From: Candidatus Saccharimonadota bacterium
Lineage (GTDB): Bacteria > Patescibacteriota > Saccharimonadia > Saccharimonadales > Saccharimonadaceae
Assembly: GCA_017404685.1 (NCBI GenBank)
Contig: JAFRBW010000007.1
Span: 1 to 49,808, forward strand
Reading direction: 5' to 3'
Length of the DNA: 49,808 nucleotides
Position numbers and translations under genes: made by a program
Shown here: piece after piece, positions 40,197 to 49,460 of the stretch
How positions within the stretch are numbered: position 1 is the first letter of the stretch
Layout of the letters: each line of letters begins with the position of its first letter
The notes under the pieces: generated by a model
Database searches by the model: none
What the model was told of the DNA's origin: nothing
What the model saw: only the letters and a program-made list of their open reading frames with translations

Positions 40197-41630
40197 TTAT
40201 TCTCCCTTTACAGTATATAAATATATTATATCAGATTTTTCCTTCATCGGCGAGGTAATAATCTGCAAAAGTTGATAATTCGTATTGCCAGTGCCGCCAT
40301 GGAGCACCGCCAACTTCTCCGGCGTTTCTTCCAGGCTTTCCACCACAGCAATATTCGTTGACTTTTCGAGGATTTTGTAAAAATCATCATGCTCATTGAC
40401 AAGCAAAGTCTCATCGGTCAAATTGTCACGAATAATCGCAAGATCATAATTAAACTCATTTGCTACGCTTGGATTATATCTGTATCCATAAACATACTGG
40501 AGCAAACTCGGCACAATCATGATCCCAAACAAAATCGAAAGTGGCACCACTGCCGCCACGCGTGCGTAGGGATTTTCCGGGAAAAGTCCGTACCATTTCT
40601 CCAGCAAGTATTTCAGCCCATGCGCCACTAAAATCGAGAGCGGCAAAATAAAGAAAATCACCGCGCTAGGATTAAACGCCGTGATAATTAAAGTAAACAC
40701 AAGCAAAAGCGACGCGATGGAATTACGCGATGCAAAGAAACCTTTGGTCGTAGAAAATAGCCCAATGAGAGCCAGCGCCAAAACCGGTAAGCTCAAAAGC
40801 GGCGCCAAAAATACCGAAGCAATCTCATCTCGCCATGAAAACACCGGCGAAAGCCCCGCGCCAATATTGCCCAGCATCTCATTCGCATTAAACCCTCGCG
40901 CAAACAGCAGTTCCATAATCGTATCCGGATGATTGGCTATATTCATAATTAGCGCCGCGATGCCACCAATAATCATTATCCCCACGATTGCAAGCGGCAA
41001 TTTTGGCAAACTCTTCACCACAAACCTTAAATGCGGCTGCAAAAACACGAACAGCACACAAAATACCGCAAAGTACAACATATATGGCGTAAAAATTGCA
41101 AAAAGCAGCGCAATCGCAAAAAGAAACGAGTACAGCGGCTTTGGTTTTTTCTCGCCCTGGATTTTTGAGCCGAGCCAAAGCAAAAGCGTCGGCCAAAACA
41201 AAATCATAATGAGCGGCGTCCCCGAACCCGCCAAAAACAAAAATGGCGTCGAAAGCACCACCAAGCACGATGCAAGTAGCGACACGTTACTCTTGAACCA
41301 ACGATTGAGTAGTAGTATTAGAAGTAGCCCTAGAAAAAGCCCGATAATAATGCTCGGCAGCTTGATAGCATAAGGCGTCAGCCCAAATACCATAATGGAA
41401 ATCTTTTGTAGCACCCGATATGGCAGATCCACCAAGTCGCCTTCAAGCGGCGCATCGTAACTGAGCGCGTACGAACTCACCGCCGACTCCATTTCTGCAT
41501 CAGACAAGCCATACTGCGCAAAAAGCGGCAAAACAAATAGCAGACTCACAAACGCAATTCCAAGCAAAATATACCCAATCACAAATCTATGACGATATAA
41601 AAACAACTTAGAAACTACAATTTTCTTCAT
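40197..41630 (-). CDS. Multi-pass membrane protein, GT-C/PMT-like glycosyltransferase
   Basis: About 11 TM helices, early LS.AE acidic motif and P.Y...K.S...FG......KLPS loop. Confidence 0.6.
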   Translation of the reverse strand: MKKIVVSKLFLYRHRFVIGYILLGIAFVSLLFVLPLFAQYGLSDAEMESAVSSYALSYDAPLEGDLVDLPYRVLQKISIMVFGLTPYAIKLPSIIIGLFLGLLLILLLNRWFKSNVSLLASCLVVLSTPFLFLAGSGTPLIMILFWPTLLLWLGSKIQGEKKPKPLYSFLFAIALLFAIFTPYMLYFAVFCVLFVFLQPHLRFVVKSLPKLPLAIVGIMIIGGIAALIMNIANHPDTIMELLFARGFNANEMLGNIGAGLSPVFSWRDEIASVFLAPLLSLPVLALALIGLFSTTKGFFASRNSIASLLLVFTLIITAFNPSAVIFFILPLSILVAHGLKYLLEKWYGLFPENPYARVAAVVPLSILFGIMIVPSLLQYVYGYRYNPSVANEFNYDLAIIRDNLTDETLLVNEHDDFYKILEKSTNIAVVESLEETPEKLAVLHGGTGNTNYQLLQIITSPMKEKSDIIYLYTVKGE

Positions 41631-41651
41631 ACTACCATTATATCATAAAAC

Positions 41652-43016
41652 TTATTCTTCACGAGTCTTATCAAGCGACATAAACCGCAATAACTCCGGA
41701 TGGAAGTATAGCTCAATTTTGCCAATCGCCCCGTGGCGGTGCTTTGCAATCAAAAGTTCCGTAATATGAGTCTCTTCGTAATTGTCATCATTTTGACGGT
41801 AATAATCCGGACGATGTAAAAACATCACAAGGTCCGCGTCCTGCTCGATAGAGCCAGACTCACGAAGATCAGACAACACCGGCCGCGGGTCATCACGCCC
41901 TGTCACGTTACGCGAAAGCTGCGCCAGAGCAATCACCGGAATCTCTAGTTCGCGCGCCAAAATCTTCAGGCCTCGAGAAATCTCCGTCACTTCCTGCACG
42001 CGATTGCCCTTGTACCGATCCGAACCCTGAATCAACTGGAGATAGTCCACAATCACAATTCCAATATCGTGATCATGCATCGCGCGCCGTGCCTTGTTTC
42101 TAAGATCCATAATCGTCATCGAGCTCGTATCGTCAATATAAATCGGCAGCTCGTCCATTTCAGCCAACGCATCGCCAATTTTGTTAAACTCTTCTTCACT
42201 CAGATTACCAGTACGCATTTTCCAGTTATCTACGCCCGACACGTCAGAAATCATCCGGTCCACAATTTCATTCGCCGCCATCTCCATCGAAAAGAACAAC
42301 ACGCCTTTTTTATTCATACTGGCAATATTATAAGTCAGGTTTTGTGCGAAAGTAGTTTTACCCATCGCTGGGCGCGCGCCGATAATCACGAGATCGCCTT
42401 TCTGAAAACCCGCAGTCTTTTTGTCAAGATCACGAAACCCAGTCTTGAGACCACGCAAAGCACCTTTGTTTTTCTGCAGCTCTTCAATCCTATCAAACGC
42501 ATCCGCAAGCAGCTCATTCATGGCCACATAGTCACTCTTCACGACCTTGTCGGAAACCTCAAAAAGCTCTTTTTCTGCTGCGCCAACCAAAGTCTTGACA
42601 TCCGCATCGTCTTCGTAAGCCTTATTGATAATCTCCGTTCCCGCACTAATCAATCGCCGACGCGTAGCGGCTTTTTCGACAATCTCAGCGTAAGACTTCG
42701 CATGTGCCACCGTTGGCACAAAAGTAGAAAGTTCCGTAAGGTATGGCGCTCCGCCAACGTCTTTGAGTTTCTTCTGCGTTTTGAGCTCTGCCGTCAAAGT
42801 GAGGAGATCGATCCCGCGATGCGAATCATATAGATTCATCATCGCCTCAAAAATAATCCGATGCCGCTCTTCATAAAAATCTTTTGTTTGCACAATCGTA
42901 ATGATGTCCGGAAAAATGTTCTCCGAAATCATAATTGCACCAAGAAGCGACTTTTCCGCCACAATATCTTGTGGTGGCACGCGGCCGCTTGTTTTAGAAT
43001 GGGTTTTCTCCTCCAT
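41652..43016 (-). CDS. dnaB: Replicative DNA helicase
   Basis: ARPAMGKT, SMEM, DYLQL, QLSR, DLRESGSIEQDAD and KHRHG motifs. Start is ATG 43016 or GTG 43031. Confidence 0.97.
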   Translation of the reverse strand: MEEKTHSKTSGRVPPQDIVAEKSLLGAIMISENIFPDIITIVQTKDFYEERHRIIFEAMMNLYDSHRGIDLLTLTAELKTQKKLKDVGGAPYLTELSTFVPTVAHAKSYAEIVEKAATRRRLISAGTEIINKAYEDDADVKTLVGAAEKELFEVSDKVVKSDYVAMNELLADAFDRIEELQKNKGALRGLKTGFRDLDKKTAGFQKGDLVIIGARPAMGKTTFAQNLTYNIASMNKKGVLFFSMEMAANEIVDRMISDVSGVDNWKMRTGNLSEEEFNKIGDALAEMDELPIYIDDTSSMTIMDLRNKARRAMHDHDIGIVIVDYLQLIQGSDRYKGNRVQEVTEISRGLKILARELEIPVIALAQLSRNVTGRDDPRPVLSDLRESGSIEQDADLVMFLHRPDYYRQNDDNYEETHITELLIAKHRHGAIGKIELYFHPELLRFMSLDKTREE

Positions 43017-44439
43017 CGTTTTGTACCTCACCTCCCATTATAGCAGACATTTTGGAAATCAGCGTATCTTTTTCACGATTTGGATTGTCTCCTACTTCAT
43101 GAACAACCACCTTTAGCCCATGGGCCGCCTCCACGAGAATCTTGCGATTATTATCTCGGCCCAGAATCGTCTGCGTGATTTTACGCTTCGGATAAATGTT
43201 TAATGTCCCATTGCTCACATCATGATCTACAAGTTTTAACTGCCCCGCAATCCCATCATTCAACCTCATCACATTCCCAAAAAACTCTTCCCATGAAAAC
43301 TGAGAGCCATCGCTCTGGCTTATGGCAGCCGAAGTGGCAACGTCCCGACTCGGGGTGTCATCGAGTGACTCAGCAGATGCTTTTTCTCGCATTTTGAGAT
43401 TCGTTGACGAGGAACGTATATTCCTGACGGCACCGAGAGGTTCGCCCGAAGGGCGGTTCTCTCGGCTGCCCAGCGTATGACGTTCCGAGGAAACGAGTCC
43501 GCGAGAAAAAGTATCTGCCAGGTCACATAAAGCCACCAACAATCTCGCTTCCGCATACGGCGCCTTCACCTCAGGCAACTTCGCAAGAAGAGGCATTAGT
43601 TCCGGCTTCGGCGTATCTATAATGGCGGTAATCATTTCCTCCGCCAGCGTTTCCGCCTTTATCCCCGACGACAACAAATCCTTAAGTTCCGTTGTAATTT
43701 TTACAACATCTCTCTGAATATACGCCTCAAGAAGCGTTGTAATTTTTACATCACTAGGCAGCCCCATTGCAGAAATCACCAGCTCTTTTGTAATCTCTTC
43801 GCTAGACAAAGTAGAAATCTGATCGAGTAGCGACAAAGAGTCCCGAAACGACCCTCCCCCACGTTTCACCACCACAGCCAAGGCCTCATCAGTAATCTTT
43901 ATCCCCTCTTTGTCGCAAATTCCCTTTAGGTGCGCATGCATCGTCCCTGCGTCTGCCAGCTTAAAAGTATAAGTCTGCGCCCGCGACGTAATCGTTACCG
44001 GCACCTTATAGGCATCAGTCGTCGCCATGATGAAAATGACGTGTTCTGGCGGCTCCTCTAGAGTTTTGAGAAGCGCATTAAAAGCCTCCTTGGTCAGCAT
44101 ATGCACTTCGTCGATAATATACACTTTGTACTTGCCGGCCGTCGGCGCAATTGCCACCTTTTCACGCAGCTCCCGGATATTATCAATCCCGCGGTTCGAC
44201 GCCCCATCAATCTCAATGATATCTACGTAATCGTCTTCGATCTGGTACGGGAAACCATTTACTTCATGTGCCAAAATCCTCGCCACGCTCGTTTTTCCGC
44301 ATCCTCTCGGCCCTACAAAAAGATACGCATGATTCACCTTTCCTGCCTGAATAGCCTTACTAATCGGTGTAGTCACCTGTTCCTGCCCGACAACTTCGTC
44401 CAACCGAACCGGCCTATATTTCCTATACAAACTCTTCAT
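42994..44439 (-). CDS. dnaX: DNA polymerase III subunit gamma/tau
   Basis: LYRKYRP, GPRGCGKT, IIDEVHML, LKTLEEPP and GSFRD motifs. Confidence 0.96.
   Translation of the reverse strand: MKSLYRKYRPVRLDEVVGQEQVTTPISKAIQAGKVNHAYLFVGPRGCGKTSVARILAHEVNGFPYQIEDDYVDIIEIDGASNRGIDNIRELREKVAIAPTAGKYKVYIIDEVHMLTKEAFNALLKTLEEPPEHVIFIMATTDAYKVPVTITSRAQTYTFKLADAGTMHAHLKGICDKEGIKITDEALAVVVKRGGGSFRDSLSLLDQISTLSSEEITKELVISAMGLPSDVKITTLLEAYIQRDVVKITTELKDLLSSGIKAETLAEEMITAIIDTPKPELMPLLAKLPEVKAPYAEARLLVALCDLADTFSRGLVSSERHTLGSRENRPSGEPLGAVRNIRSSSTNLKMREKASAESLDDTPSRDVATSAAISQSDGSQFSWEEFFGNVMRLNDGIAGQLKLVDHDVSNGTLNIYPKRKITQTILGRDNNRKILVEAAHGLKVVVHEVGDNPNREKDTLISKMSAIMGGEVQNDGGENPF
43365..43526. repeat. 162-bp imperfect palindrome in frame within dnaX
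   Basis: 17/18-bp outer arms (43373-43390 / 43501-43518), four more nested stems and a CGCCC-GAA-GGGCG apex. Confidence 0.85.
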
Positions 44440-44440
44440 A

Positions 44441-44959
44441 CTAGAGTGCCGCTTCTACTGCGGCCCAAGTAGCCTCGTCATTGTTGGCTGGAATCGTCAC
44501 AGATACCTGCGACCCTTCACGGAGATGAAAATACGTTACCGAAGCGTACAAAATCTGGTATTCTTTCCCTGCCACTTCAACAAAATACTTATCATCATGA
44601 TGCGTGAGCGTGCCAATCACGGTCTTGCGCTCCACCGGCCCAATCTGCTTGTACATAAACTTGCCATCATCAGTAATTGTGAGCTTCATGATATCGCCCT
44701 CAACGAGCTTCGACTTCGAAGCATAGTTTGCCGGCACCGGATAATTCTTGCCATCCGGCCCAATCATAATTTGGCCATCGAAAATCCCTTCAATAATCTT
44801 GCCATCTGGGCTAGATACTACAGATTCTCTCGGAGCTGCAATCGTTTCTCCATCGCCCAAAATAGATACCAAAAGCTCCTTTGCCGCTGCCAAACTCGTC
44901 TCAGCGTCACTAATTAACCCCCGCAGTCTTTTTATTTGTTTTTCTGGTATTTCAGACAT
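44441..44959 (-). CDS. Conserved CPR hypothetical protein
   Basis: IIEGIFDGQ.M...DGK.YPVPANYASKSKLVEGD...YKQIGP...ASVTYF. Confidence 0.8.
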   Translation of the reverse strand: MSEIPEKQIKRLRGLISDAETSLAAAKELLVSILGDGETIAAPRESVVSSPDGKIIEGIFDGQIMIGPDGKNYPVPANYASKSKLVEGDIMKLTITDDGKFMYKQIGPVERKTVIGTLTHHDDKYFVEVAGKEYQILYASVTYFHLREGSQVSVTIPANNDEATWAAVEAAL

Positions 44960-45089
44960 CACCTCGCGTCCTGTCTATATATAGTATTAATATTATATTA
45001 TACCAACCTCACCAAAAAGTCAATAATTATTTCGCAAAGTTTTCCACCAAATTAACACCGACCAGGACAAAAGTATTGTAAAAATTACA

Positions 45090-46166
45090 TTAGCTCTCTT
45101 CCCACCTACCTACGTGCTTTGTCCCATCATAAATCATCGTTGGAATGCTCTTAATGTTCAGCTCGCCCTCCACGAGTTGTTTATTCTCGGTAATCTTATC
45201 GGTTGTCTCTGGATAATCCACAATCTTGCGAAGCTCCGCCAGCCCATCTTCGTTAAAACCGGCCTCCGTAATCCACGTTTCTAGCTGCTTTACCGCCGCC
45301 TCGTGGTCAAATACGTCATTAAACATCGTCTGATAAGACGTCCCAGCATAAGGATCACTCTCGCTGTTGCCTTCGTAGCGGTCTATAAAGATATGGTCCA
45401 GAATCTCCACGGCCATCCCAGCGCGCAGCTGCTCCACCGCAAAGAGATATCGTACTATAATTTCCGAGTTCGCAAACTTATATACGCCATCTTCGTCCTG
45501 AATCGCATATGGCACAATACGCACATCATACTGATCAAAGAACCCAGCCGCTTTCTGATTCCGATACGAAACCATACACACCGAACACCCCGGATCCATA
45601 ATATCCACCGCCAGCGGTTTTTCCGCATTCGTCGCCGTATTCACACTAATATAATTAAAATCGTAATCTTCCGCATTATAACTCCGGAACTTATCTGGAA
45701 TCGCCGCAAAGATTTCGCCCCATTCCTCAAACCACCGGCCAGTCGCCTCAAAGACATTGGTCGGCTCCGACGCGTTGATGGAGCAAACCTCAGATCCCAT
45801 CCCGCAAGCCTCTGGCTTAGAAACATTACAGCTCCCAAGCGCCCAGAGTGCCAATACCGACTTCACCGCTGTAAGCACCGCCCAGACTGCCACCACCACA
45901 ATCACTATCGATAACACCTCAATCGTCACCGAGAGCGGCTTCACCCATTTCGGATGTTTCACAATCACGCGCGAGAGAATTGTATTTTTGACATCATCCT
46001 TAAACCCAGTCTCGCACTTCTGCAGCCGCACCTTCTTCCAGAGACAGCCCCAGGCTTTTTTAAACATTTTCCAGTAACTTTTCCCCACTTGTGGCTTGAA
46101 AATCGAAATGATTGCCACAAAAACGCCAATTAAGGCCAAAATTATAAACGCAGCTATACACACCAT
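45090..46166 (-). CDS. Membrane-anchored thioredoxin-fold (DsbA-like) protein
   Basis: Two N-terminal TM helices, a Cys-rich loop, DPGCSVC and a C-terminal SIPT cis-Pro loop. Confidence 0.7.
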   Translation of the reverse strand: MVCIAAFIILALIGVFVAIISIFKPQVGKSYWKMFKKAWGCLWKKVRLQKCETGFKDDVKNTILSRVIVKHPKWVKPLSVTIEVLSIVIVVVAVWAVLTAVKSVLALWALGSCNVSKPEACGMGSEVCSINASEPTNVFEATGRWFEEWGEIFAAIPDKFRSYNAEDYDFNYISVNTATNAEKPLAVDIMDPGCSVCMVSYRNQKAAGFFDQYDVRIVPYAIQDEDGVYKFANSEIIVRYLFAVEQLRAGMAVEILDHIFIDRYEGNSESDPYAGTSYQTMFNDVFDHEAAVKQLETWITEAGFNEDGLAELRKIVDYPETTDKITENKQLVEGELNIKSIPTMIYDGTKHVGRWEES

Positions 46167-46184
46167 AATAAATCTATTTTACCA

Positions 46185-47348
46185 CTAGCCTAATATTTTG
46201 CCAAGCACTTTTTTGACTTTTTCAATGTCTTCTGGACGATTATGCAGCCCCAGCGAGAACCGCATCAGCGGCGGCAGCCCCAGCACATGGTCCAGATAAT
46301 AATGCACGCAAAAATACCCAGTCCGCGCCATAATGTTTTCGCGAGAAAGCGCCTCACCCAGAAGATGCGAATCCAGCCCCTCAACATAAAACGACATCGT
46401 CGGGTTTGATTCGTTATTTACAAGATGCACTTTCTCCGATGTCTTCAAAAACTCATAGAGTTCAGTATAATTCTTCTCCAGGTTTTTCCACGCTGATTTT
46501 GGCAGCTTCATGAGCCAATCTAGCGCCGCACCTAGCCCGATAATCTCACCCCAGGCCTGGAGCCCAGATTCAAACCGCGTAAACCGATGCTCCTTGTTTT
46601 CTGCCGAGAGCTTATAAGACTCACGCTCCACATCATCCACCATTCCTCCCCCCAGCCAATACGAAAGAAGCATCTTCTCGAGCTCATCTCTCCACACAAT
46701 CACACCTAGAGATGGCGCGTACAGCTTGTGCGCGGAGAAACAAATCGCATCCACTTCCACCCCGGCCAGCACATCCACCGAATGTGCCATCGCCTGCGCC
46801 GCATCAATAATCAAAATCCCACCAGCCTTATGCACCGCCTTGCAAAGTTCCGGCAAATTCGCTAGCTTCCGCCCATCAAAGTTAGACGCGCAGTTTATCA
46901 CCACTATCGCATCGGAAAAATCATACGCGCCCACATCTATCGTCCCATCATCATTTCGCGCCATTACCTCGCGCGGCAGCCCTGTCCGCTCCGAAAACGC
47001 CATCGTCGCAAGAAACGGCGAATTATGCTCAATCTCGCTCGTCATCACCTTCTCAAACTTCCCCGCGTCAATCTGCGACAAAATCAGATTAATCCCAAAG
47101 GTCGTATTAAGCGTAAAAGACACGGTATATTTTCGCGCCGAAAGCTTCAAATATTTCAGCACCTTTTCGCGCGTCGCCTCTACCAAAGCATCCGTCTCAC
47201 GCCCCCATTTGTACTTCACACGCTCGCCGCAAGAATTATGCTCCGTATAGTATTTATTGAGCGCTTCTATCACCGGCCGCGGCCTAAGACTCTGGCACGC
47301 CCCGTCTAGATACACCTCCCCCTCACCTAAATAGTCAAAATCTTCCAT
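46185..47348 (-). CDS. Class V aminotransferase / SufS-like cysteine desulfurase
   Basis: YLDGACQS, EHNS, DAAQ, FSAHK, FESG and RTGYFC motifs. Start is ATG 47348. Confidence 0.85.
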   Translation of the reverse strand: MEDFDYLGEGEVYLDGACQSLRPRPVIEALNKYYTEHNSCGERVKYKWGRETDALVEATREKVLKYLKLSARKYTVSFTLNTTFGINLILSQIDAGKFEKVMTSEIEHNSPFLATMAFSERTGLPREVMARNDDGTIDVGAYDFSDAIVVINCASNFDGRKLANLPELCKAVHKAGGILIIDAAQAMAHSVDVLAGVEVDAICFSAHKLYAPSLGVIVWRDELEKMLLSYWLGGGMVDDVERESYKLSAENKEHRFTRFESGLQAWGEIIGLGAALDWLMKLPKSAWKNLEKNYTELYEFLKTSEKVHLVNNESNPTMSFYVEGLDSHLLGEALSRENIMARTGYFCVHYYLDHVLGLPPLMRFSLGLHNRPEDIEKVKKVLGKILG

Positions 47349-47367
47349 AGCCCCATTATAGCACATC

Positions 47368-47396
47368 TTGTAATTTTTCGCATAGTGTGATATAAT
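47368..47396 (+). promoter_or_regulatory. rplJL promoter
   Basis: TTGTAA-17 nt (ending TGA)-TATAAT. Confidence 0.7.
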
Positions 47397-47402
47397 AAGA
47401 AG

Positions 47403-47475
47403 AGTTACCAAAGACAGTGGCGAGGCTTACCTTTAATAATGCCACCGAGGAATTTCTTGTGATATTTGGTGACGC
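47403..47475 (+). ncRNA. Ribosomal protein L10 leader (autoregulatory RNA)
   Basis: AAGACAGTGGCG...TAA...TGCCACCGAGG core upstream of rplJ, closed by GTTACCAAA/TTTGGTGAC. Confidence 0.8.
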
Positions 47476-47524
47476 TATTTAACAATTAGCTAGTTCAAAT
47501 ATCAAATAACCAAAGGAACTTTTT

Positions 47525-48034
47525 ATGGCAATTTCAAAAGATAAAAAGAACACGTTGGTTGCTGATCTCACTGCGCTGCTTTCTGACTCCAAGATGGTCG
47601 TCTATGCGAAATACCAGGGATTGACCGTGGCAGAGCTCCAGGAGCTTCGCAAAATGGCTCGTGAGGCTGGCGTAAAAATCAAGGTGGTAAAGAACCGGCT
47701 CGTCAAGGTCGCGATGAAAGAAATCGCTGCCTATAAAGACACCGATGCTTCCAACTTGACCGGACAGCTCCTTTACGCGCTTGGTACCGATGAGGACTTT
47801 GACGCTGCGAAGGTTTTGACCAAATTCGCCAAAACTCACGACAAAATGGAGCTCGTGGGTGGCTTTAACGGCGAAGGCGCTGCGCTTTCTACCGAAGAAG
47901 TCAAGACTCTCGGCTCGCTCCCAACCAAGAACGAACTCATCGCCCAGGTGGTGGATACACTTCTATCTGGTATCAATGGTATCGTTTCTGGTCTTGAGAA
48001 CAAGCCAGAAAAATCGGATACAGCAACCGAATAA
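47525..48034 (+). CDS. rplJ: 50S ribosomal protein L10
   Basis: YQGLTVAELQELR, VVKNRL and LPTKNEL motifs. Confidence 0.97.
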   Translation: MAISKDKKNTLVADLTALLSDSKMVVYAKYQGLTVAELQELRKMAREAGVKIKVVKNRLVKVAMKEIAAYKDTDASNLTGQLLYALGTDEDFDAAKVLTKFAKTHDKMELVGGFNGEGAALSTEEVKTLGSLPTKNELIAQVVDTLLSGINGIVSGLENKPEKSDTATE

Positions 48035-48053
48035 TTACTGAAAGGAAAATAAT

Positions 48054-48425
48054 ATGGCAACTGATATCAAAAAACTGGCCGAAGAGCTCGTCAATATGAC
48101 CGTGCTTGAGGTCAATGAACTTAAAACCGTTTTGAAAGACGAATATGGCATCGAGCCTGTCGCCGCTGTAGCTGTCGCTGCTGCCGGTGACGCTGGTGCT
48201 GCTGACGAAGGCAAGTCTGAGTACGATGTCGTCCTGAAGGACGCTGGCGCTCAGAAGATCGCTGTCATCAAGGCTGTGAAGGAAGCTACCGGTCTCGGTC
48301 TTGGCGAAGCCAAGGCTATTGTCGATGGCGCTCCTGCTACCGTCAAGGAAAAGGTCGCCAAGGCAGACGCCGAAGCGATGAAGAAAGCCCTCGAAGAGGC
48401 TGGCGCAACCGTAGAGCTCGCCTAA
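48054..48425 (+). CDS. rplL: 50S ribosomal protein L7/L12
   Basis: [20 protein letters not shown] and [10 protein letters not shown] motifs. Confidence 0.98.
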   Translation: MATDIKKLAEELVNMTVLEVNELKTVLKDEYGIEPVAAVAVAAAGDAGAADEGKSEYDVVLKDAGAQKIAVIKAVKEATGLGLGEAKAIVDGAPATVKEKVAKADAEAMKKALEEAGATVELA

Positions 48426-48448
48426 TCTTCACGAGACTAGCTAATTGT

Positions 48449-48484
48449 AAAAACACCCCCAGCCTTACGCTGAGGGGTTGTTTT
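48449..48484. terminator. Bidirectional intrinsic terminator between rplL and the convergent gene
   Basis: AAAAACACCCCCAGC-CTTAC-GCTGAGGGGTTGTTTT. Confidence 0.8.
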
Positions 48485-48495
48485 ATGTCTAGATA

Positions 48496-49065
48496 TCAGC
48501 TCGCATTCCGTGCCGTCACCATAAACTGCGCCAGCGCGCCAATCCCCGCCGTCCCCACCAGTATCGGCCAATAAAACACTGTGCGATCTATCTCTGCCAC
48601 AAAGAAGAACAGCGCCATAGTCAGGATATACGCCCCGATCAGCGAGGTTGTTAAAATCGTCGCCGGTTTCATCATCTTCACCGCAAGCGCCCCCAGTATC
48701 ACCCCCACCACGCCGCCAATCGCCAGCGTCATCCACTCCGTTCCAAAATATTGCACTGTCACCACCATCGTCGCCGCAAAAGTCAGCAAAGACACGCAAA
48801 TCTTCTCAATCGTAAACCCAAGCATCGCAAGTAGCAGCCCGCCCGCAATCGGGAGCAACACCTGCCACAATTGATTCCCCGCAATCTCCGGCACGGCATT
48901 ATTGATAGTCGGCATGAGAAACCCCATCAGCAGATATCCCACGATAAACCACGCCACAAAAAACCCGATTTTCTTCACCCGATACCCCGCAAAAAGCAGC
49001 AGCGCCCCCGCCACCATCAAGATAATTAGTTCCGTTGTATTGAATTGTGTGAGGTCTAGTTCCAT
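48496..49065 (-). CDS. DUF4203/TMEM198-like membrane protein
   Basis: LLFAGYR..K, about 7 Gly-rich TM helices, TSLIGAY and GALAQF. Start is ATG 49065. Confidence 0.75.
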   Translation of the reverse strand: MELDLTQFNTTELIILMVAGALLLFAGYRVKKIGFFVAWFIVGYLLMGFLMPTINNAVPEIAGNQLWQVLLPIAGGLLLAMLGFTIEKICVSLLTFAATMVVTVQYFGTEWMTLAIGGVVGVILGALAVKMMKPATILTTSLIGAYILTMALFFFVAEIDRTVFYWPILVGTAGIGALAQFMVTARNAS

Positions 49066-49099
49066 ATATATCATTATAGCACAAAATTTTCTTGCCAAG

Positions 49100-49128
49100 A
49101 AAAAGCCCTCAGTCGTTTGACCGAGGGC
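49100..49128 (-). terminator. Intrinsic terminator of the small ORF
   Basis: Minus strand GCCCTCGGTC-AAAC-GACTGAGGGC-TTTTT. Confidence 0.8.
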
Positions 49129-49136
49129 AAGGGTGC

Positions 49137-49274
49137 TTATTGCTGGTCCTCGAAATCTTCGTAGTTCGGACCTTTGTCCGAAAAAATAATCTTTATGATA
49201 TCGACGGTCCAGCTTCCGCCAAGAATGGCGGCGCAGAGGAAGAAAACACTAGCGGAAATAATAATAGCAGACAT
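49137..49274 (-). CDS. 45-aa small membrane protein (MSAIIISASVFFLCAAILGGSWTVDIIKIIFSDKGPNYEDFEDQQ)
   Basis: Read manually. It has an AGGAGG RBS, a consensus promoter at 49341-49369 and a terminator directly after the stop. Confidence 0.75.
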   Translation of the reverse strand: MSAIIISASVFFLCAAILGGSWTVDIIKIIFSDKGPNYEDFEDQQ

Positions 49275-49340
49275 GGGGAATCCTCCTTTTTATATATAAG
49301 CATTTTTATGTACGATAAGACTTTTTGCCTTATTAATTAC

Positions 49341-49369
49341 ATTATATCACACTTATGCTAAAATGTCAA
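49341..49369 (-). promoter_or_regulatory. Consensus sigma70 promoter for the small ORF
   Basis: TTGACA-17 nt (ending TGA)-TATAAT. Confidence 0.8.
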
Positions 49370-49425
49370 TAATAATATCATAATTACAGGGGTAAAATGA
49401 CCGCAATTTTTCTGCAAAAAAGTAC

Positions 49426-49454
49426 TTGCAAAGTCTCACAAAATGCGCTAAAAT
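49426..49454 (+). promoter_or_regulatory. Sigma70 promoter upstream of the structured region
   Basis: TTGCAA-17-TAAAAT. A second extended -10 (TGTTATAAT) lies at 49492-49500. Confidence 0.65.
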
Positions 49455-49460
49455 GTAATT

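Noticed and set aside
45038-45049. DnaA-box-like TTTTCCACC upstream of the dnaX/dnaB run
   Set aside because: It is a single mismatched box with no cluster or unwinding element, so it is not an origin.
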